A stretch of DNA of 60,996 nucleotides, the filler included, from Hausera hauseri (Eukaryota), in the NCBI GenBank assembly GCA_046269625.1. It is 12 parts of 12 records of this genome, joined end to end, with 100 filler letters (N's around TTAATTAATTAA, not from the genome) between each part and the next. Parts side by side here need not be neighbours in the genome. Positions count along the whole stretch, not along the records: positions 45,820 to 52,645 come from JBJURY010061884.1; positions 52,746 to 56,836 come from JBJURY010767985.1; positions 56,937 to 60,996 come from JBJURY010787201.1; 9 more parts are not named here. One strand, given 5' to 3'. Below the pieces are notes generated by a model. It was not told the origin of the DNA, did no database searches, and saw only the letters and a list, made by a program, of their open reading frames with translations. Of this stretch, positions 50,930-60,996 are shown piece by piece (the first letter of the stretch is position 1; every line of letters starts with the position of its first letter). A program made the position numbers and the translations under genes.

Positions 50930-52205
50930 TGATACAGAAGACAGAGGTTGAACTTTTTGAAGAATTCTGGGATGGAGAAATGCATGACATAGTGAGTAAG
51001 CCGAGTATGTTATATGCACGACAGCAGAACGAACATGCGTTTGAGGTAAGGAACTACCAGCCTAAGCGCATTATTGTTTTTTTTTCTATCTTCTGGGTAC
51101 CATAAACTACCCAGAGAAATGATGTATTGGGAAGTGGCGAACGACTGTAGCGTGGATATAGTGACTGAGGCCCTCAGTAGCCAGGAATACATTGACATCA
51201 AGTGCAGTCTCCATCTCGTCAGTAATGCTGAATTTCATATATGCGAGAAGTTTTACAAAGAGAGTTGTTATTTCGAGCTACTTAATAAGAGGTTTACCAA
51301 GTTTGGAGTGTTTTTGCACAACATATGTGTAGGTGAGGAAACGATACCTTACTTCCGCATACACTCCTGCAAGATGAACATGACGGGAAAACTTGTGAGG
51401 TTTGGCTTCAATTTATTGTCTTTGTTCCAGTAATGGATGCCTCTATAATTTCATTTCGTACGCTGGACGAGATGAAAGAGCTGACTACGACCTGGGACTT
51501 GGCGCTAGTGTTGTGATCAACTGTTGGATATTGACAATAAGCTAAATCGGCATGTTGTCTACTTCGACAACTTTTTCACTTCCCAGCATCTTCTCATTAA
51601 AGTCAGTAAACGAAATTTTTGAGCAACGGGGACCGTAAAAGTATATCGTCTGGCCGGCTGCACTCTTACAGACCATGAGGCACTGGCCAAGAAGGACCGT
51701 GGTTTATGTGATTTTCTCTATAATAACCTCAACAATACCATGGCTGCCAGATGGAACGACAATTAGGTGGTGACGTTAACAGTTTCACAGCGAAACCTAA
51801 TTGCTTTGTACAACATACACATGGAAGGGGTGAAAATGTTGGACAATTTTGTTTTGTTGTATCACCGTAAAAGTAAAAACTGGTGGTGGCTACTATTTAT
51901 CAACTTTATTTATGTTGCACTATGCAATACGCAGTTATTTCATCGTTTGGTACATGGTAAAGAATTGGACCTGCTGAAATTTATTTGTTGGGTTGCGATT
52001 TCGCTGCTGAAAGCAGAGCCAGTTGATAGCTGTTCAACAGTGTGCAACAGTAATCTGCTTGGTGGACCTTGGAATCTGAAGAGCATCTTTGATCCGTACT
52101 ACAGCATTGGTGAACATTACATCAAGAAGAATTTGGACAACAGACAAAGTCGATGCCATCTGTGCAAATGCATCACCCACCACATCTGTGCTGTTGGAAT
52201 TCACG
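50930..52205 (+). pseudogene. piggyBac (PGBD-type) transposase, decayed
   Basis: SGYHKLP...YW, CVGEETIPY, RFGF, VYFDNFFTS, ATGTV, RWNDN, YN.HMEGV..LD, KNWW, C-terminal Cys-rich domain. Confidence 0.9.
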
Positions 52206-53039
52206 ACGGTGGGGGAAAAAGATGAGCCTTGAACAAGGACAGGGGGTCCACCCACGCAACAATTGACTAATCAAGTAACACTTGCATGCTAATTGGTCAA
52301 TTTGACAACGACGAGTTGTATGGTGTGGTCGATTTTTGTGTCGCAAAAGACAAAGCCGGGAAATGCAAAAGAAAAAAACGACCTTTTTCCAGAAGCAAAA
52401 TTTGAGCAGGGATGTATAGGAGAAAGTGTAGAGTAGAGTACGGGCGTTCGAATGATGTGGGAAACATAGGGTTGGAGTGTTTAGGAAAAGTGGAAAAGTC
52501 GGTCAAGGAAGAGGTGGCGGAAAAGTCGGCGAAATAAATTGGGATCTCTAGCATAGAACCACCACCTTACGCATCACGGGTTACGCGTACGCGTCACGTG
52601 TGTCAAGTAACTGATGCCTAATCGATCACTTCATAAGTCTGACATNNNNNNNNNNNNNNNNNNNNNNNNNNNNNNNNNNNNNNNNNNNNTTAATTAATTA
52701 ANNNNNNNNNNNNNNNNNNNNNNNNNNNNNNNNNNNNNNNNNNNNTGAATAACGATATCTGAGATACATCGTCGATTTTTCTCAAAGGAAATATGGTGAA
52801 AATTATCAGTTCACACGGCGGAGAAACAGCAGCAGCAGTTTTGCCACCGGAAGGAGCTAAAGGCCATCTAACATTGAAGTTGAAAGGATTATGATTAATA
52901 AATTTTATTGATTTTGTTTTTCATATTGTTTCTCATCACATTAAGTTAAATATATGAATGTATATACATAAATTAAATGATAATAAAACAAGAGGCAAAA
53001 CAACGAACAATATACATTATTTATACAAAACAAACAGAT

Positions 53040-56000
53040 TGCGATGAATTGTCAAAGTAATTTGATCTGTCTGCACCGAATTCATGCGTGTGCGTTTTAT
53101 ACCAAACGCCAACGTCCGTACAGCAAACTCTTATTTCGCCCCACCCACGTACGCGTAGCATCATTGCATTATAAGGTGACTTTTGTATTGGTCACCGTAT
53201 ACAGATGGTGCTCAATCGATCGGATGATCGTTTGAGACAACAGCTCTTGATTGCCCTCCTTCATAGACACGGCGATAATCACCGTGATCTATTGAACTCC
53301 TTTGGCGTGCATTTTCGGTCCACAGTTAATTAAAAGACTAACATTTTAGGCTTAGAAATACTCATTCCCGATACTGAAGCCGACCTTCACTTTCATCGTT
53401 GAAGCAGCCGATTTGGTTTGTGATGGTATTGCTGTACAACGGATGATTCTGTGGGTATTTGGACATGTCCAGTAATCCGTCTTCCATAATTTGCTGCAGT
53501 AGTTATTTGCGATTGACATTTTCCAGTTGCAAGAAAAAACTATCTGTGACACCGACAATTATATTGATACTGCCGCCGCCGCCGCCGAACATTTGCCGGT
53601 AGCGTTCCAAATTGCGATACTGCAGCTCATACATCCGAAACTTGCTCAGGTACAATACCACTTGTCTAATGTAACTTGGCCGATCCAGAACAATATCTCT
53701 GTTTAAAAGCACGGCAACCAATCCATCGGCAATGTGCATTGACCGCCGAAACTGCGCCTTACTCGTGTACATGACCAACCGCTTTTGGCTATTGCATAGG
53801 GGTACATTGAGCCGCTTTTTCACATTCTGTACTGCTTTCCTTACAGAGAATTGTTTTTCAGCTTGTAGTAGTCCTTTTCGAACTTTGTTCAAGCTACGGC
53901 TCGTTTATCCGAATTTACATCTATGTACGCCTTGAATATGGGAGCCTGAGCAAATCGGATTGCAATATGCAGCTGTATGACACGTACACCGAGCTTTATG
54001 TAGAACTGTAGCAGACGCCAATGGACCACGTAATTCAGCTTCAGTTCATGCGTCATGAGCAGTTTCTTCACTTTTGAGCCTGGCGGACATTGGTTAAATT
54101 GTACGACCGGTATATCATCCAAAACGTCATGCAGCTCATCTGGTACTACGAAATCGACTTCATAAGGTATCCGATTGAGTTGTTTTCTGCTGTTGTCGTC
54201 TCTGTCTCGACATATTTTCCAGTATTGTGTCCAGGTCCTATTTATCGACTACCCATTCTAATGAACCGTACGGCAATGGTTGTGAAAGCGCCCAGCCGTA
54301 CAGGTTATTAATGTCGATATGCAACAGTGATGTGGTATCATCACTGGTTACGTGATACCTGTTGACAAATATCATGCCGCCACGAATACCAACATAAAAC
54401 ATTCGGTACATTTCTGGATCTTGAAATAGCTCGATATCCCGATCCAGTGACAACAGAGCTGATGCACAACTCATTTCGGGTATTGAGTAAAAGTTGTGTG
54501 GCTCCAGCCTATCTTCCGCCAACGCTTTTACTCGGAACGCCTGGAACAGATAGGCTAATAAGTACACGTCCAGTTTAAAATACTGGAGCATGTAATCCAA
54601 CATGTTTCTACAGTCGATTTCTGTCCAACACCTCTGCTTTCCGGTGTTCATTCTCTGCGATAACTGTCCATCGCGGCGGTAATTCCTATGCTGTCCAGAA
54701 TCGCTCATATGATGTTGCAAAGTCATATGGAAATATGCCTTTGCTGCGTGCAATATGTGTGGGGAACTGCGTCAGTGCTGTCGGCACATTTGGCAAGGCA
54801 TTTACCAGCTTTGCCAATGATTCATTGAGAAATTGCAATGAATCAAGGAAGCGTACCTGTAACAGGTTAATACGAGCAGACAGTGAAAAGTATTTCTCTA
54901 TCGTAGTCGGAATTATGGACAGTTCCCAGTGCGGAAATCCGTTGATGACCCATTTCAGTATATGGTGACAATTATAACCTCGAAAATTATGAAAGATCAC
55001 CGGTAGAAATGGTTTCACACGCCTTGTTAAATTGCATGCGTTGCATGTTGCTCTCAGGTATCGACGGGTGAAATGATCATGGTCCGGAACGAGCCGTTCT
55101 TGTGCGTAAAAGACAATATTTTGTGGCAGAGGTAACATTTATCGGTGGCAACCAAAAGCAGCGGTTCATATTTGTCTGTCCATATCACGGTGCGATTTCC
55201 GTTTCCACAATCGTTTCCAACTGTTACAGGAAATCGCGTATTGATGTTGTCCGGCGACTTTTATTGGAACAACTAATATACCGACGGCGATTGGAATGTG
55301 ATTTTGGTCATATACGTTGTGCCACAGTAGGATTGCCTCGATATCGGCATATACCACATATGCTGGACTGTCTCTTTTCGACCAGTCACTGAATCTCAGC
55401 TCCTTTCTGACTGGCATGACGTACATTGATGTCCTTGATGAATTTTGTCTGCACAGCGCCACATGTTTTTCCCATGTCGTTTTTGACCTGAAACCATGCA
55501 AACATGTTGGGCACCATTTACAATTTATACGCTTTTTGATGAAATGGCTATGATCCATATTCAGCAGTCTGTCCAAATTGGTTACTGCCACGTAGTGAAA
55601 TTTATTTACTTGCTTCAACAGCAACAAATTTACTGAGCGTCCATTCGGGTTCCGACTGCGATAAATTATATCCACGTGTTTTTTTTGTATCTCTTCGTCT
55701 GCTGGTATTTCTACGATTGTGTTTTACCTGAACACTGATTTCCAGTGTCGGATTACGCCGTTCAAAAGCCGGAATGGTTTCGAGTTTCATCGGCATCCAA
55801 CACCCGTCGTAGTCCAATTATGAGAAATACTTACTGTACTGCTTTGGACAATTTGCATGATGTCTGGACACTTGATCATATTTCAATATGTCCAAAATGC
55901 TGTAAATAAAGCAGTATTTGCTGTTAGTATTTTGTACATTCACTACCACCAGAGACTGCTTCAAGGACGCAGGTGTCGGCATGAATGAACGTCCGGACAG

Positions 56001-56390
56001 GTAAATCATGCCACTCGTCTTTGTCAGAATAAAGCCGAAAGTGACAATCTTTACAATTCGCCAATTACTGCTGTTTTCGGTGTAGTTTGCGATTTTTTCG
56101 TTAAGATTTTCGCCTACATCGGCAATAAAATCCTCAGAGTATCCTACGGCTCCATGTGACAGGTACCATTTTTTCCTGTCACCCTACAGATTTTCAAAAT
56201 CTGCAAATACATAATATTGCACTTTGCAGTGGTGTTGTTAGAATTTGGCCACTTCTGATTTCAACCGGTTACGCACATTAGTGCGTACATTCTTCAATTG
56301 CGTTGTTATTTTCCCCGACATGTCCACCTTCTTGTCCACGTACGATCTCTTTAGGTCGTACTTGACAGTAATGGGCGGTTCACGTTCTTA
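53040..56390 (-). pseudogene. Polinton pPolB, near full length, many frameshifts
   Basis: SFMPTP..VVNVQN..CF, HYVAV..LDRLL, YADIEA, DHDH..CN.CNL, FHNFRGY, FLDSLQF, KGIFPY, IRGG, DINNLYG, KLKNNSL, VTDS. Confidence 0.93.
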
Positions 56391-56750
56391 CTGCTGCTGC
56401 AGCTGACTTTTGTGGTTCTGAAAGTATTCTTCAAGGTTTGATGATGTTTGACATTTCCTGCTGCTGCTGCTGCTGCTGCTGCTTCTTGCTGCGTCCATTA
56501 ATATTTCTTTTCTGGACCTCTGAAACTGGTTCAAGTGGTCCTTGTGAATGTTGTAGAATTGTTCATAACAACCGGAACAAGCGTAGGCTCGTTTACCGTG
56601 TACCGTTGTGGCGCCATAGTACTGCTCCATTACATTCTGGCAACCATTAACATCATGCACTCTACTACTACTACAGTATCGCAGGTATGTGGGGCAATGC
56701 ACAACCATCATCTTAGACGGAGTAAACGGTCCGAGATGATGCTTGTGCAC
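56388..56750 (-). CDS. Small Cys/His-rich ORF upstream of pPolB
   Basis: CPTYLRYC..H..CQNVMEQYYG...YACSGCYEQFYNIHKDHLNQFQRSRKEIL, homologous to 3545-4010; contains a CAG/CTG microsatellite (poly-Ser). Confidence 0.55.
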   Translation of the reverse strand: MHKHHLGPFTPSKMMVVHCPTYLRYCSSSRVHDVNGCQNVMEQYYGATTVHGKRAYACSGCYEQFYNIHKDHLNQFQRSRKEILMDAARSSSSSSSSRKCQTSSNLEEYFQNHKSQLQQQ

Positions 56751-56936
56751 TTCATAAAAATCGGGGTAGGGACAACGGGTTGGAACATCACACGTTGGAC
56801 ACTCATACGTATCCGTGCCAATTTTGTAATATATCGNNNNNNNNNNNNNNNNNNNNNNNNNNNNNNNNNNNNNNNNNNNNTTAATTAATTAANNNNNNNN
56901 NNNNNNNNNNNNNNNNNNNNNNNNNNNNNNNNNNNN

Positions 56937-57122
56937 AATGGTGAATTTTCCATATCTGCAAGATCAGTCAGAGGAATTTTATAAGATGAAGAACTTTATA
57001 GTTGAGTAAATATGAGAAAGCTTAAATTGAGCAAGAAAACCGTGAAAAGGCGTTTAGACTTCAGTAAGGCATATGTGAAATTTTCAATTATTGATTTGAA
57101 GCCAGTAATGTTTTCTGATGAA
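56937..57122 (+). pseudogene. Tc1/mariner transposase fragment, interrupted by an LTR insertion
   Basis: LSKKTVKRRLDF...VMFSDE, ending exactly at TGTGGTACCCAC. Confidence 0.75.
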
Positions 57123-58901
57123 TGTGGTACCCACGGTGGCCGATGCCCTCTGGCCCATTTGGTTGGGCACAGAACGGCCTCCGTTGCCGCCGCGTCGGAC
57201 CTCTAGTCGGGCCCGATCACCCGCCTCGAAAATCTTATAACAGTACGTGGTTAAAACTGTTCCCACCGATAAAAATACTTTAAATACCTAATCTTACTGT
57301 TCAGAGAAAGCAATCGACGTTTGATATTCGACATTTATCGTTCTAATTTCGACAACGAATGTCAAACTCTGCTGTCAATTATTTACGACAAATTCAACGA
57401 ATAAAAACTGATGCTATTGACAAAAGTTATCGACCTTTGAAATCATATTTGGCGCCATCATCCGATACGATCAAGGATACGTCGAATCAGTATTACAATC
57501 CCAATCAGTTTATGTATTTGCCAGATGATTCGCGGATACCGCTTTCTGACAACGATAGCATCATGTTCTACCAAATGTAGTTCCGTCGAATAATGGATCC
57601 AGACCGGAATCCAGAGCAGACTATTCCATCATTTTTCCGTCGAAGAAAAACGCAAACGGTCCGAAAATAACCTATGGATCTCAATCACAGAATTTAGAAC
57701 GATACAATGGGACTCTTCGGTCCGATAACGGGGTACATTGTCCAGGAATTCCATCGACGATTGCCTTTGCTGGTAGTCATGAGTATGATGGAGAAAGTGA
57801 CGATAGTGGGAAAGGAGCAATCGAAGTCGATTTCAGACTACAACAGCAATTAAACCTGAGAAACTATCCTACAATGCCTTTATCTCACTACTCCACACCA
57901 ACAACAATATTTGGTCACGTGATCAACAACAATTACTACAAATTCCAGTCCCTTAATAACAATCCCCGAACATACGACAATCGGCTACTGCACACGAATA
58001 CCGGAACTCTACCCAATTCCCGTCGAGTAGCATCACCATCTTTAGTGTCTGCAACGCATAATTGCCAGTGCTTCAGACTGCCGAAAGATGACGTCATCCA
58101 AATCAAACAGGACGACAACAATATCCACGTGTCTACGTTTGCCAACCACTGTCAGTATTTCCGATCGATGACTAATGACGATGACGGCCACAATTTATGT
58201 AACGAACAGTTTTTGTCCGCGAAGGAAAATTCTGTCACACATTGGTGATCGATTTCATACAAATATTCGGCCTACAATAGACATTGGTAAATCCGTCAAT
58301 AAAAGCAACATTTGTTTATCGGATAAAACGGTTCCAGATTGAAATGCTTATTCACCAGAATTGGATAATTAACACGAAGATGTTAGGTTTCAACATTAAC
58401 ACCTATTTTTGTGCACCTATATGTATAACTTTTTATTCCGAGTTTTACATGGTTCTGTGTAAGTACAATAAACCTATCACTATAAATATTTGCTTGGTCT
58501 GTAGGGTTTATAAAAAATTTTGTTTAAATAATTAATAAATACTTTTTCAACTTTTTGAATTTTAAATTATGATCTTCATCTTGGAATTGTTGTATACCTC
58601 TTCATTGGATACAATTTTATCGTTGAAGGTTGGCAAAGTTTTAATTTACATTTCGAAAAAAGATTTCGAAACGATGTGTATCAATGTTTTAATTGGAAAG
58701 TCTGTAGTCCGAAACCTAATTTTAAGCATCTATTTTTTACAGCGATACAGAACATGAGTCCCAATATCTATTATAATAAAAAATTGTTTTGTTTCACGTT
58801 GAAAATATTACAAATTTGGTTGAACTGTTCCTATCTAAAACTCGTAAATCTGAGCGAGGAATTTATCAACAATCTCCAGGATACTATTCGTGAAAACAAC
58901 A
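57123..58901 (+). repeat. Putative LTR with GC-rich head and ~1 kb host-like coding cargo
   Basis: TGTGGTACCCAC head; ORFs 57359-57580 and 57874-58248; AATAAA near 58535; ends ...AACA-AT-TGGTGCCAGAA (PBS-like at 58904). Confidence 0.55.
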
Positions 58902-58989
58902 ATTGGTGCCAGAAAAATGTAACGTTTCATTCTATTGTAAATATACGGTCTGTACAAAACTATTGTTCTATATTTGCATGGTTATTGTT

Positions 58990-59619
<630 letters not shown>

Positions 59620-59622
<3 letters not shown>

Positions 59623-60520
59623 GTCGTCATGTTGGGCAACAAAACTGGAAGATCACGTGGATTTGGTTACGTGAAATACAAAAATTCCGACTATGTTGAT
59701 CTTGTTCTGCAAACGAAGCCTCACATCATTGATTAAAAAGAAGCGAACGTTCAGCAATGTAATGTAAATATGAAAGGAAAAAACAGAAGTCTAAAAATAT
59801 TTAGTGGAATAAGCTTAGATCTGTATGCTGATGGTATCTAACAGTTCGTTGAACAATTCGGCAAAGTAACCGATATAAACCTCATGATGGATCAAACGAA
59901 AAATCGACATCGAGGATTTGCATTTGTTGGATTTGAAGATAAAAACTTTGTTAAAAAGTTAATATGCATTACGTTGTAATAAATTCCAAACAAGTTGAAC
60001 TCAAGGCTATGGAACCATCAAGTTTTTCCAAGAAGTTGAGTGCTTCATCGGATCAGTCAAATATAGTAAATAATAACTACCGAAAAATGAACCTTATTGC
60101 ACAAGTCAGAATGCATTCTATACAAGGAATCATGCACCTTCACTGTGACATACGACTCGAGTTAATTATCCACAAGTTATATGGCCAGCCCAAGTGGGAA
60201 CGTAAAATTGGATGTGCCCGACACAAACTTGGAGTACTCATCTTGATCATCAATTCTGGCCGGCTATAAATTTGTCACATAACGGCTGGTACCGACCAGT
60301 AGCATCTCCTTCGCCATGGTCAACGCAGAACACAGCATGGTCGCCATTGACTGTATCGAATCAAACGCCCGTTCAACAATCCAAAATGCAAACATGCACC
60401 AATCAACTATCACAAAATTGGCACAGTACAAGAATTCAGTATCTATCTACTCAATCGACTACAGTACCTAATTGGACAACTCAACAAGGATTAGGTGAAT
60501 ACGAATCGCTACCAAATAAA
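59620..60520 (+). pseudogene. Processed tandem-RRM protein fragment (DAZAP1/Musashi/hnRNP-A-like)
   Basis: VVM..KTGRSRGFGYVKY...[45 protein letters not shown], then a low-complexity tail. Confidence 0.88.
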
Positions 60521-60808
60521 AATGATAAATCCGCTCAAAAAGGTTTGTTCTGTAATGTATTGCAACCTTCAATAAATGAATCTACGGTAAACAATGAAAT
60601 TTATAGTAATTGACTCTACGGAAATAATAAAGATTTGGAAAACAGCTATTGTGCCAGAGTCTATTTATCCTTTTGACATCAACACTGACCTACTTTTTCT
60701 CAAATACTATGACTATCGATCAAAATCCGAAAAGCAATTCATTGGGCCCACTGCGAGAATAATTAAAGGACCTTTAAGGGGGAATTCGGTTACCCCGAAA
60801 TTTGGGAC

Positions 60809-60996
60809 TTGCCGCGGGGAGACTGAGGTCCAGGCCGTCCACCCTGCACCATTGGGTAGGACGGCGCCATTCGTTGCCGCCCCACGACACGCCCCCGGAC
60901 ACACCACTTCTTACCACCTTTTCTTTTTTCTAAAAAACAGGCATTAGCACACAGTAATACATGTAAACACAGCTGCAATCCATAAAATCATCTCCA
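60809..60996 (+). repeat. PPT-like sequence followed by start of another GC-rich LTR head
   Basis: TTGCCGCGGGGAGAC-TG resembles TTGCCACGGGAGGGCGA-TG; CCATTGGGTAGG...CGTTGCCGC is shared with 57155-57192. Confidence 0.5.

Noticed and set aside
52205-52645. Purine-rich/GC-rich segment after piggyBac as another LTR
   Set aside because: No clear TG...CA boundaries, PBS or PPT could be assigned.
6594-56936. Regularly recurring TTAATTAATTAA palindrome flanked by Ns
   Set aside because: Artificial contig linker, not biology. ORFs running through Ns are artefacts, and cross-gap gene order was not used.

Overview
AT-rich eukaryotic DNA made almost entirely of decayed mobile elements. An invertebrate host, possibly a flatworm, is inferred only from the cargo and element types. 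The window is about 12 contigs of 4-7 kb joined by artificial 100-bp N-TTAATTAATTAA-N linkers, so adjacency across gaps is not evidence. It contains Polinton/Maverick remnants (pPolB fragments, AGTAGG termini, subterminal repeats), hAT, piggyBac and Tc1 remnants, and several Ty3/Gypsy elements. Two systems stand out. (1) A pol-less LTR element at 11374-15983 whose decayed reading frame runs Gag - ubiquitin-like - AT-hook - BCL-2-like - signal peptide - chuvirus/gB-type envelope glycoprotein. Two relatives (41240-45719, 47888-49720) share the Gag...UBL-AT-hook layout. (2) A CsRn1-like Gypsy family whose LTRs begin with a conserved GC-rich head (TGTGRTRCCCAC) followed by different intronless host-gene fragments, including vigilin KH domains. 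One PBS-to-PPT interval holds only an in-frame USP7::RRM-protein chimera. All assignments come from manual translation and motif recognition; no database searches were run.
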